Positions 22,531 through 33,955 of a DNA stretch of 64,000 nt are shown here, one piece after another; the first letter of the stretch is position 1; the number at the start of each line of letters is the position of its first letter. A model generated the notes under the pieces. The model was not told the origin of the DNA. It did no database searches and was given only the letters and a program-made list of their open reading frames with translations. Location: NCBI RefSeq assembly GCF_018977255.1, contig NW_024704743.1, positions 10,356,001 through 10,420,000 on the forward strand. Reading direction: 5' to 3'. Made by a program: the position numbers and the translations under genes. This stretch comes from Callorhinchus milii (taxonomy: Eukaryota).

Positions 22531-25012
22531 TAATAATAATAATCCTTGTATCTGATATTGCGCTTTTCATGTGTTTTCACCCCACAATCCCGCTGCCTTG
22601 GAGTCCTCTGAGCTCCTCTCCCTCTGGCCTTCATCCCTCACTGACCCCTATTCTACTCTCACCCTCCTTCACAACACCCTCTCCTCCACACACAACACTC
22701 TTGCCTCCATCACCTCCCGTACTGTCTCTTACTCTCGCTCCTCCCCCTGGTTCACCACCCACCTCTGCTCACTGAAGAGCCAGGTGCGGGCCGCTGAACG
22801 CACCTGCCTCAAATCTGGCCTAACAGTCCACCGGCAAATCTGGCTGGACCGCCTCAAAATCTACCGCTCCACTCTAGCCTCGGCCAAGTCGTCCTTCTAC
22901 TCCAGGATAATCCTGGAGGCGAAGAACAACCCCAGGCTTCTGTTCTCCACCACATCCCGACTTCTCCGTCCCCCCCACCACCCCGCCCAGGTCATCTCCT
23001 CCAACTTTCACTGCGAGGAGATGCTGGATTTCCTTGAATCCAAAATCAAGGGAATCCGCTCCGCGGTCACTCCCCCTCCAACTTCCACCCAGCCCGCACC
23101 CCCTCCCTCCCACACTCCGACTCCTACCCATCCTCCCCTACACACCTCGAACCCGTTTCCCCACCCTCTGTCACGAAACTCATCCTATCCTTAAAACCCA
23201 CCACCTGCTCCCTGGACCCCATCCCCACACCACTCCTTATCTCCCAGTTCCTTCTCCTTGCCCCACTTCTCACAGACACTATTAACCTGTCCCTCTCCTC
23301 TGGCTCTGTCCCATTCCCCTCAAAACTGCCACCATCACTCCCACATTGAAAGAACCCTCCCTTGATGCATCGCAGCTATCAAGCTACCGGCCCATCTCCA
23401 ACCTCCCCTTCCTGTCCAAGATTCTCGAAAGAGTTGTCGCCTCCCAGCTGCGCTCTTTCCTCTCCAGCCACTCACTTTTCGAACCCCACCAGTCAGGTTT
23501 CCATGCTGCCCATTGCACAGTAACTGCCCTGATCAAGTTCACTAATGACATCTTGACCATCTGTGACCAGGGCTTCCTCTGCCTTCTGGTCCTCCTCGAC
23601 CTATCGGCCGCATTCAATACGGTCGACCACTCTATCCTCCTCCACCACATGTCCTCCCACCTCAACCTTCAAGGTCCTGTCCTTGAGTGGGTTAGGTTCT
23701 ACCTCTCCCATTGTCTTCATTTTGTCTCTGCAAACGGCTTTTCCTCCAGCCCCCGCACTGTCTCGTGCAGTGTCACTCAGAGCTCTGTCCTCGGTCCCCT
23801 CCTCTTCACCCTCTATATGCTCCTCCTTGATGACATCATCCGCAGACATGGGGTTAACTTCCACATGTATGCGGATGACACCCAACTGTACCTTTCCTCC
23901 TCTACCCTCAGCTCCACGACCACCGATGTCCTGACAGCTGCCTGTCCGACATCGAGTCCTGGACGAGAGACAACTTTCTCCAGCTCAACGTGTGCAAAAC
24001 TGAGGCCCTCCTGATTGGCTCGCGTCAGCGCCTCCGCACCTCAGACGCTGACAGCATCAACATCCAAGGCTGCACTTTCCACCTCTCAAAGCCAGTCAGG
24101 AACCTCGGTGTTCTGTTCGACCCTGAGCTGTCCTTTCTTACCCACATCCGCGCCACTGCTGGCACCGCCTTCCACCACCTCCGGAACATTGCCAGACTAC
24201 GGCACTACCTCACCACTCACAGTGCTGAAACCTCAAGGCTGGACTATGGGAACTCTCTCCTCGCCGGCCTTCCCGGCACCTCCCTCCACAAGCTGCAGCT
24301 CATTCAGAACTCTGCAGCTCATGTACTGTCCCGCACCAGGCTTCGGGACCACATCATTCCCACCCTCGCTCAACTCCACTGGCTCCCCATCCCCCAGAGG
24401 ATCAAATTCAAGATCCTCATCCTCACCTACAAGGCCTTTCACGGCCTTGCACTCTCCTTCCTCTCCGACCTACTATCCGCCCACGTACCTGCCCGTACCC
24501 TCCGTTCCTCCCCCAGTGCCTTCGCCTTGCTTCCTCCCTTTCCTCCTTCAAGGCCGGTCTGAAGACCTTTCTCTTTGACCATGCGTTCAGCTCCCCTCTC
24601 GACTCTCTACCCACTCCTCGTTCCCTCCGTTCCCTCACCCTGACCATTTCCCCCCTGCTCGGGTCCCGACCCAACTGTCCTGCGCCTTGGGGCATCCTCC
24701 CGACGGGAAAGGCGCTCTATAAATGCAATCTTGTTGTTGTTGTTCTAGATGTCTCAAAACGCTTCACAGAATATACTATAAAGTGAATTGACTGTATATT
24801 TGTGGTAGAAATGCGATAGCCAATTGCGCACAGCAGTGTCCCTCAAACAGTTGTGGATTGAAATTACCAATTTATAATAATTTTTTTTCTTGAGGAATTA
24901 TTATCAGGCATGTGGAGCAGGAAACTTGCCCAAGGTTTCACCCTGCCGGGAATCAAAGCCAGGTCTCTCGCTTGCAAAGCAAGTCCTCTAACCCCTGAGC
25001 TACAGGACTCCA
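22531..25012 (-). mobile_element. tRNA-Ala-like SINE (short-form lineage) split into 22531-22575 and 24744-25012 by an L2
   Basis: Tail and CGCTTTTCATGT on the left; TCTAGATGTCTCAAAACGCTTCACAG through the head GAGCTACAGGACTCCA on the right. The halves rejoin into a normal SINE. Confidence 0.92.
22576..24744 (+). mobile_element. Relatively young L2 LINE, 5'-truncated ORF2 (RT), frameshifted
   Basis: [67 protein letters not shown]; tail AAATGCAATCTTGTTGTTGTTGTT; many CpGs retained. Confidence 0.96.
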
Positions 25013-27900
25013 ACTAATTTCAAGGAGAAAGGGAATCAGGATGTAGCGTTAGACAGAACAACGAGTTACCTAGTGGACTGGGAGAGACGAATAGCAATGT
25101 AATAAGGAATATTCCAGAAAAAGGAGGGATTAGATGCAGAAGAAATGCAGAACAGACTAAGTCGGTCTTGGAGTGTATGTGAATAAATGCACAAAGCGTG
25201 ACAAATAAGATTGGTGAGCTGTGGCTCAAGTTGCCACATGGGGTTACGGTGTAGTGGCAATAACAGACTTTGCTCAAACAAAGGCAGGAATGGGAGCTGA
25301 ATATTCCTGGCTACAATGTATTCAGGAGGGATAAGGAAAGGGAAAAAAGGAGGGGTTTGGTAATATTGATTAAAGACATGGTTACAGCCCTGGAAAGGGA
25401 AAATATGTTAGAGGGTCCAAAAACAGATCTATTTGGTTAGAGTTAAGGGGCAGAAAAAGAGCTGTTACTCTGTTAGGTACAGACCACTAAATAGAGGGAA
25501 GGAGATAGATGAGCAAATCTGCAAGCAGATTTCAGAAAGACGCAAAACTAATAGAGTAGTGATAAGGGGGACCTCAACTATCTATCTCAACATAGACTTA
25601 CGAAATAACAATGTAAAGGGTAAGGACATGGAAGGATTCCTGAAATATGTGCACGATAACTTTCTGGATCAGTATGTTTCCAGTCTAACGAGGAAGGAAG
25701 CAGTGCTGGATCTAGTTCTGGGAATGAAGTGGGGCAACTGGAGCAGGTTTTAGTTGGAGAGCATCTGGACAACAGTGATCACAACATTATTAGGTTTAGA
25801 ATACTTATGGAAAGGGACAAGGAGCAATCAAAGGTGAAGATACTCAACTGGAAGAGGTCTAATTTCAGTGAGTTAAAAAAGGACCTAAACAAGGTGGACT
25901 GGTAAGAAAGATTGGCAGGTAAAACAGCTAGCGAGCAATGGAAAGCCTTCAAGGAGGAGATAGTTCAGGGACCAAACAAATGCATTCCCACAAAAGGGAA
26001 AGGTAGAGCATCCAAACATCCCTGGATGAATAAGGAAAATGGGAAAAATAAAACAGACAAAGGAGGCTTCTGATAAATGTCATGTCCAAAGTACAGCAGA
26101 TAATCAAATAGAATATAGAAAGTACAGAAGAGAACTGAAAAAGGAAATAAGAGGGGCAAAGAGATTGTATGAGTAAAGATTGGCGGGTAACATAAAAGGG
26201 AACCCTAATGGAATTTATCAGCATAAAAAGAACAAAAAGGTTAGTCAAAGGTAGGGTAAGTCCAATTAGGGACGAAAGAGGAAATCTTCTTGTGGAGGCA
26301 GAGGGCAGAAGGACGTACTGAGTGAGTACTTTGCAACTGTTTTCAAAAAGAAGAGGATGCAGCCAATGTCACAGTATCGGAAAAGAGGGTAGAGAAATTG
26401 GATAGGATAAGATAAGAATAAACCAGGAGGAGGTGCTAAAAAGGTTGACTGTGCTCAAGGTAGCTAAGTTACCCAGTCCGGGCGGGATGCATCCTAGTTT
26501 ACTGAGGGAAGTAAAGGTAGAAATAATGGAGGCTCTGGCCACAATCTTTCAATCCTCCTTGGACACCAGGGTGGTGTCAGAGGACTGGAGGGTTGCAAAT
26601 GTTACTCCCTTGGCCAAAAAGAGGGAGAAGGATAAACCTGGAAACTACAGGCCAGTCAGCCTAACGTCAGTTGTGGGAAAACTTCTAGAGACTATCAATA
26701 AATTTTAACTTAAAAAATATGGGTTAATAAAGGACAGCCAACACGGATTTGTTAAAGGCAAATCACATCTAACAAACCTGATAATTTTTTGGATGAAGTA
26801 ACAGAGTATATGAAGTGTATGAAGGTTGTGCAGTTGATGTAGTTTATGTGGATTTTCAAAAGTTGTTTGATAAAGTGCCACATAAGAGCCTTGTAAGCAA
26901 AATAGATGCCCACAGTATTAAAGGGACAGTGGCAGCATGGATACAGAACTGGCTGGGAGACAGAAAGCAGAGAGTGGTGGTGAATGGTTGTTTTACTGAC
27001 TGGAGGGAAATGTGCAGTGGTGTCCCCCAGGGGTCAGTATTGGGACCACTGCTGTTTTTGATCTATATAAATGACCTGGACTGGGGAATAGGGAATACAA
27101 TTTCCAAATTTACAGATAATACTAAGTTAGGAAAAGTAGTAAAGTGTGATGAGGATAGTAACACACTACAAATGTGTTACTGTGACATAGACAGACTGGT
27201 AAAATGGGCAGACACGTGGCAGATGAAGTTTAATGTGGAGAAATCTAAAATGATGCATTTTTGGAGGAGAATGAAGAGAGGCAATACAAACTAGATGGTA
27301 GAATCTTAAAGGAGGTGAAGGAACAGAGAGTACTGGGGATTCATATAAGTAACCATTTGAAGGTGGCAGGACAGGTAGATAAAGCTGTTAAAAAAGTATG
27401 GTTGTACTAGGCTTTATAAATAGGGACATTGAAAACAAAAGCCAGGAAATTATGATGAACTTTTATAAAACACTCAGCTGGAGTACTGTGTTCAGTTCTG
27501 GGCACCACACTTTTGGAAGGATGTCAAGGCATTGGAGTGGGTGCAAAGGAGATTTACCAGGATGCTACCAGGAATGACAGAATTCAGTTATAAGGAGAGG
27601 CTAGAGAAGCGAGGATTATTCTCCTTGGAGCAGAGAAGGTTTAGTGGAGACTTAATGGAGGTTTTCAAAATTATGAGGGGATTCGATAGGGTGAACATGG
27701 AGAAACTATTTCCACTGGCGGGTATAATTCTAAGATTCTATGATAGCATTTCAGGGAGACATACAGAATGAAAGTTAGCATTGAACCAAACGTGGATGTG
27801 TGTATCAGGACACACTATCCCTGCTCCCAGAAGCACTGCAGATAACTCCAGTCCATGTTCATCAACAGCCCAGACACTGAAGCCTGACAGAACCCTGACA

Positions 27901-27922
27901 TCTGGTTGCTGTGGCAACCAGA
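27901..27922. promoter_or_regulatory. X-box (RFX)-like palindrome
   Basis: TCTGGTTGC-TGTG-GCAACCAGA; core GTTGCTGTGGCAAC vs consensus GTTGCCATGGCAAC; lies in non-repeat DNA. Confidence 0.35.
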
Positions 27923-30449
27923 CAGGCCACTTGGAGCGAAGTAAAATTCTCTGGCACAAGCTTTGTGAGCAAATATCTTGTGTAACCTCCCCTGAGGTCA
28001 TTAATGAATTGCCTGCTTTTAAATATCTTGTTGTGCACAACAGCTGCCACGGTTAGCGATCGGCAAAAGCCGAGAATTCAAACAGTTCCGCGTTTCATAG
28101 CAAAAATTGCTCCAGTGCATGAACAGTCCCTTTCCATTCTCCACGTCTGACAAAGTGGAGCAGTCCGATACCTGCATGTTTTCACAATCTCAGATTCTTG
28201 TTGGAGCCTGCCATTACCCCTTGATTGTAATCCTAAAGTATGCGATTCACTCCCCCCTGAAATGCAGCCACATTCACTTCATCCACTCTGGAGCCTCTTG
28301 TTGCACATTTCCCTTTGCTGAGCATTCCTCGGAATGCAGAATGCTCACTTTCAAGGCAAGCAAACTCCGACTGTCTTCACTTCCCACTTAATCATCCCGC
28401 ACAGTACCAGTCTGGAGCACCATCAGCTCAAACCTTTCGAACTCTTGTCATCGTTATCTTGGGTGAGTTCAAGCTCATCCATTGGGATTCCAATTCTCTT
28501 AAAGATTTTTCCTTCCAGTCCTGCTAAAGTAGACTAACGGTAAACAGAGCTAAAAAGCAACCTCAGTGTAATTAACAAAAAATGTAAACATGTTTAAATT
28601 TTCTGAGTGGATTTTACGAGTTTTTTTGTGTTACTGAACAGCTAAAGTTAACTCAAAATATGTTTTTAGATTGAAGGAAGCTCATCTTTTACTCATGGAC
28701 TGAGGGAAGCCCATGAACTGGTAAAGTCTAGGCTGACACAACAATATGGGAGGGTAGCATTGCCATCCTTTGGATTGAACTAAGGTTCTGTCTGCATGTT
28801 CAGGAGGACCTAATGATCCCATGGCACTATTCAAAAAGAGAAGGGAGTTTCTCTCAGTGGCCTGAGCTGAAGACCTCACATTGCGTTTGAGCTCACAAAG
28901 TTCTGAGCTAGAAGTGAGAGTGCTGCCAAATGAGCCAGGCTTTCAAAAACTAACAATAAAAATCCAGCATTCGGGAAAAATACTCCATAGCTTTTGTATC
29001 TATCAGGGGTTTTACTTCCATAAGAGTATGCCTGAAATAGAACAAAGACCCGGTTGTCCTTTTATGGAACGTCAGATGACCACTGAAAGCTCCATAGAAA
29101 TAATAGCACTTTCTCCTTGTATTTAAGTTGACTTTTCAGCACAAAGTAGGTGTGGATAACATGTTAGATTAAATGCAACACAGATGTTGCTCTGTTGACA
29201 GATCACTTTCAGCTCCACACCAGTATTTGAAAGCCGCACGCACACCTGTTACAACACACAACGACTGACAGGTGTGTGAATTGCTGCCTGAATTCTGATG
29301 TGTGTGTGGGGGAGGGAGGGTGTTTTTTGCTAGTAAAAGAATGGCAACAGATTTAGAAATCAACAACAGCACTAATCCTCCAGGAAGTCAAGGTTCCCTT
29401 TCTTTTAGTTGAATAAAAAAGCATGGCTAAAAAGAATAAAAAGAAAGGCAACTTCTTAAAGGGAAGCCGTCACATAGGGTTAGGTGAATGAAACTCTGGC
29501 TGCAGCATTTATTTTGGAAATCTGGATTTCTCTGAGGAACGTGGCATTGGTATTGCCCACTTGTTAAGTCAAGTACATGTTTTGTTTAGGGGGATGAGGT
29601 GCTGGTAAGTGTCTTGCAAGGTTCCTTCAAGACTCACGTCTCCTTCAAGACTCCCAAAGCTCAGCCAATCATCCCGAGGTTTTATTCTTTGAAATTATAA
29701 TGATAATAACCCAACATTTGATACAGCGCTTTATCGCATTATCGAGATGTCTCAAAAGCGCACCACAGGATTTAAAGTAGAGTGCACTGACTGTATTTTC
29801 CAGGCAGACAGTTTGCGCATAGCAATGGCTCAAAAACAATCATGTGAATGATCAATTTTATCTCGCGGATTGTTTGCTAAGACACCAGGAGAACCTCTTA
29901 TAGTTCTTGTAGAATACTTGTAGTTCGTTAATAATATCATGTTGTCAAAACATCTCAAAGCACTTTACCAGATTTATTGTAGCTTGTAGCAACTATGTAT
30001 TTGTAGATGATACACTTGCTGCTTGATCCAATACATTTCACGCACCCACATGTTTCTTATTCATCCAGCGCCTTGGGACGTCCTCCCGATGTGAAAGGCA
30101 CTCTATAAATGTAATTTGTTGTTTGTTGTTGTTGTCTTATTGGTCATCCATCATGGGTGTTTTGGGGGACATTGTTATACGCAAATTGGCTAACATATTT
30201 TGTCTATGAAATACAGTCACTATACTTTCCAGTAAAATCCTGTGAAGCATTTTAAGATGCTTTCCTGAGGTGAAAGGTACTATATCAAATATAAGGATTA
30301 TTATTATTTATTATTGTTATGGAAACTGTTTATCTTTTGGCTTCTAACTTGGCAATTTTCTTCTTGGCGTTCTGATCTTTGATCAAAGATATTTTCTAAG
30401 GAGTCGTTACAAGACAAGATGACACATTGAAGCCTCTCATGCTCATTTT

Positions 30450-31061
30450 GAACAACACATTACATGTGTACAGCACCTTTCACGTTGGGAGGATGTTCCA
30501 AGGCACTGGACAGTCAGGGATTTGGAGCCTGAGTAGGAAGTTAGAATCAGGAAGGGTGAAAAGCAAGGAGGGTAGGGGTCGGAGGATGACTGAAGGCGTG
30601 GTAGAAGAGGAGTCTTAATAATAATAATACCTCAACTCTAGGACCACTGATGCTCTAACAGATTACCTGTCAGACATCAAGTCCTGGATGAGGGCAAATT
30701 TCCTACAGTGGAATGTGAACAAGACCGAGGCCCTCCTAATTGGCTCACACATGCGCCTCTGCACCTCAGGCTCCGGCAGCATCAACCTCCATGGTTGCAC
30801 ACTACAACTCACCAAGCCAGTCAGGAACCTAGATGTCTTGTTCGACCCTCAACTGTCTTTTCTTCCCTACATCCAAGTCATGACCCACTCTGCCTTCCCT
30901 CACCTCCATAACATCGCCCGACTCCGCCACTTCCTCACCCCTCAGGCCACTGAACCTCTTGTTCATGCCTTCATCACCTCCAGGCTCGACTATGCAAACG
31001 CTCTGCTTGTCGGCCTTCCCGACATGAAAGGCACTATACAAATGTAATCTTGTTGTTGTTG
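30450..31061. mobile_element. Two L2 fragments in opposite orientation (30450-30616 minus; 30628-31061 plus)
   Basis: Plus part MRANFLQWNVNKTEALL..SRLDYANALLVGLP fused directly to the L2 tail; minus part is an L2 3' end. Confidence 0.85.
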
Positions 31062-31308
31062 TAATAATCCTTGCACTTGATATAGCGCTTTATCACATCT
31101 TCGAGATGTCACAAAGCGCTTCACAGAATATACTGTAAAGTGAATTGACTATATTTTGTGGGTGAAATGTGGCAGCCAATTGTGCACAGCAGTGTCTCAC
31201 AAATAGTCTTGGATTGAAATGACCAACTTATTATTATTTTTTGAAGGAATTATTACCCCTGGAAAAGTGATCCGCCAATCGAATAACAAGCGGATTCTTA
31301 CTTATTGC
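31062..31308 (-). mobile_element. SINE long form, 5'-truncated
   Basis: TAATAATCCTTGCACTTGATATAGCGC.., Deu body, GGAAAAGTGATCCGCCAATCG..CTTACTTATTGCTAGG. Confidence 0.85.
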
Positions 31309-32151
31309 TAGGCTCTTAAAGGAGGCAAGGGATGGAGCAAGGCGCAGGGACTGTGGGATGGAGTTCCAAAGAGTAGGCAGAGAGGCTGAAGACTTGATAG
31401 CCGATGGTGGGGTGGGCAGGGTAGGGGACATATAGTAGGCTGAAGCCCACTTTGTGGAGGGAGTGGACAGGTCAATACGGAGTTAGCAGGTGACAGATGT
31501 AGAGAGGAGCAAAACTGTGGAGGGCTTTGAAGGTAAGGACAAGGATTTTGAACTCTCCTCTCCTCTGGGAGTTGGGGAGCTAGTGGAACCAGGCTAGGTA
31601 AATTGGGACATATGTGTGTGCGACCACCAGGAAGGTGGAAGGCGCACTAGATGGGCCTTGTTTTTTTTCGTCTAACATTTCTTATGTTCTTATGATAGGG
31701 TCAGGGAGCTTGGTGCGGGAGACGACACTAGCTACAGAGTTGTGAATGATCTGCAACTTGTGGAGGGAAGAGTTAAGTCCGGTCTGCTCCACATCCCCCG
31801 CCCCAACCGCCCTACCATCGGTGGCCGGGCCTTCAGCCTCTCAGCCCCTAGGCTTTGGAACTCTATCCCCCAGTGCCTTCGCCGCCTCCTCCCTTTCCTC
31901 CTTCAAGGCCGGTCTCAAGACCTTTCTCTTTGACCGAGCCTTCGGCTCCCCTCTCGACTCTCTACCCCCTCCTCGCTCCCTCCCTTCCCTCACCCTGACC
32001 ATTTCCCCCCCTGCTCGGGTCCTGACCCAACTGTGCAGCGCCTTGGGACGTCCTCCTGACGTGAAAGGCGCTCTATATGTGGAATCTTGTTGTTGTTGTT
32101 GTTGTTGTTGTTGTTGAGAAGGCTGACAAGTAGGGAGTTAGTGTAGTCAAG
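31308..32151 (-). mobile_element. L2 fragment hosting a CR1-type 3' tail (~31590-31694) and a younger L2 3' end (31776-32116)
   Basis: Host reads GTGGAGGGAAGAGTT|...|AGAAGGCTGACAAG (cf. 10977-11006); the inner piece ends TTCTTATGTTCTTATG. Confidence 0.8.
31776..32116 (+). mobile_element. Young L2 3' end with long (GTT)n tail
   Basis: SGLLHIPRPNRPTIGGRAFSLSAPRLWNSIP; 3' UTR very similar to 24511-24744; about ten GTT units. Confidence 0.93.
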
Positions 32152-33011
32152 ATAATTAACGCAAATCAATAGATAAAGAATTAGGTGGGAGTGTGTCTGT
32201 CAGCTTTGTGCCTTATCTCCTCTCTACCATCAGTATAAAATCAGCCAATAAAATAATTTCAAACCATGTATTGATTTGTCCTCTTTTGATGTTCCATCTC
32301 TGGCATAGCACAGATATTGTCCCCATTGGATTGATAATCAAAAGCAGAAATCAAGCTCGTAAGTGAGAATTCTTGCTAAGGTCTACATTCCCTGGAAGCT
32401 AGATTCTGAGAGATGTCTGCGATCAGGTTGTTTGAGTTGAAATTATTCCTTTTGTTCACTGGCAATGATTAGTAATGGCTACGGATTGGTTCTGAGAACT
32501 AGTCAGCTTTCTGGACCCAATGTGGAAAATTCTATCCTGGAGTTAGGATGTTTGATGGCTGATCAAAGTCACTCTTAAAAATCCTTAAGAAATTAGATGA
32601 TCAATCTCAGAGATCTCTCAGATGCAATAGGCGAAACTGACTGAACAGCGCAGAGTTGAAGTTGCTGTGAATGAGTTGCAATCTTGCTCCTGCCCGCTGA
32701 ACCAATCCAATGGCCATGTTTGCGTTTTGGAGTGTTCGAAAACAGAAAACAATTCTCAGCAGAGTGGGTTGTAACATGGGTGGTGCCTTGTTTCAGCAGG
32801 CTACCAGCAGAATCAATTGGGATTTTAGACTCAAAGGAATGTTGATAGACACTTGAGAAATCCTCCAAATAAAATTAGTCAATCGTTTCATTGCTGTTTG
32901 CGGGATATTCCCACACACAAATTGGTTGCCCTGTTTGCCTACAAATATGCACAGTCACTACACTTTATAGTAAAATCCAGTGAAGCAATTTGAGACATCT
33001 TCTTGACTTAC

Positions 33012-33182
33012 TCAGAACTGTGGAAAATTCTGCAGTATGGACTTAATCCAATTATTGAAACAAGTTTCCAAATTAAGACTTGGAATTGGATTTGCAGAAT
33101 TTTCCACAATTTGTATGATTTTAAAATTAAAGTCAGAATAGCTTTACTGTCTAGAACATGGTGGAATTTCAGGCCCGGTATC
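33012..33182 (-). repeat. AT-rich MITE-like family B fragment with perfect 16-bp inverted repeat
   Basis: TGTGGAAAATTCTGCA (33019-33034) / TGCAGAATTTTCCACA (33093-33108); terminus GAATTTCAGGCCC; related to 38950-39203. Confidence 0.6.
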
Positions 33183-33744
33183 TTTAAAGTCATGTAAAGG
33201 TTTGTCTATCTATTGATTATCACACTTACCAAGTTAAACCACTTGATAATTAGTTATTAGGCTTCACTCACATGTTGACAATTCAGCCACAAATCCAGTT
33301 CTTATTAATCTCCCAGCTATAATATGTAACTCTTTACCATAGTACACACACACCAACGCCACTTGTAAGGGAGTTCAATAAATCTACAGTGTGGAACGAA
33401 AGGGATTCATCTAAGCAATAAACAGCTTTCGATGTCTTGCAAATTAATTCTTATTTTCCAATTTAATGTGTTTTTCCCCCTTTGTTATTTTTATTAAGAT
33501 GTGTGATGCTCTGGCTTGCTCGTTTTGTTTGCCTACAAAATACAATCACTGCACTTTATAATTAAAACATTGCACCTACTCTCCTGAATGTGTGGGGAGA
33601 AATGAGGCTCAATTTAAAAAGTCATCTTATGTCATTTTACGGATATTCCTTCTTCCCTTCGCTCTATGACTGGATGAACCATAGAACGTTTACACTAGAG
33701 AAAGCAGCTATTTGGTCCATTGTGTCCGTGTGCTGGAGCTAATT

Positions 33745-33955
33745 TCTCAGGTAGGGTTGTCCTCGCATGACAAGTAGTAGGAAGCTTCCCAGTCAGTTAT
33801 CGTAAAGTGAACTTTGCCATTTTAGTTGATTAAATCTCAGGAGCACGGCCAGAAGACTCTCTGGGGTTCCCTTTGGCTCTTGCCAACCTGCACTTAAACT
33901 TTCCCGAATTAGGTGAGCAGAATGTGTCTCTTCCAATGTGAAAAATCCTATATGA
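33745..33955 (+). repeat. Unclassified repeat family A (fragment)
   Basis: CTCTGGGGTTCCCTTTGGCTCTTGCCAACCTG..GAATTAGGTGAGCAGAATG. Confidence 0.7.

Larger units (their letters stand above)
21420..27743 (+). mobile_element. Near-full-length CR1 LINE, split by nested SINE+L2 (22531-25012); 3' internal deletion
   Basis: ORF1 from ATG 21609 (ACTMCAM, RVSELEERL, IVIGDTMV, DGLHLN) ends GGGTTTAA at 22530 and resumes ACTAATTT at ~25013. Decayed ORF2 ~25170-27720 ([29 protein letters not shown]). Tail ATTCTAAGATTCTATGAT. The 5' boundary is approximate. Confidence 0.93.

Noticed and set aside
32087..32117. Poly-Cys / poly-Tyr ORF ends suggesting metal-binding peptides
   Set aside because: They are translations of (GTT)n L2 and (ATT)n SINE tails.
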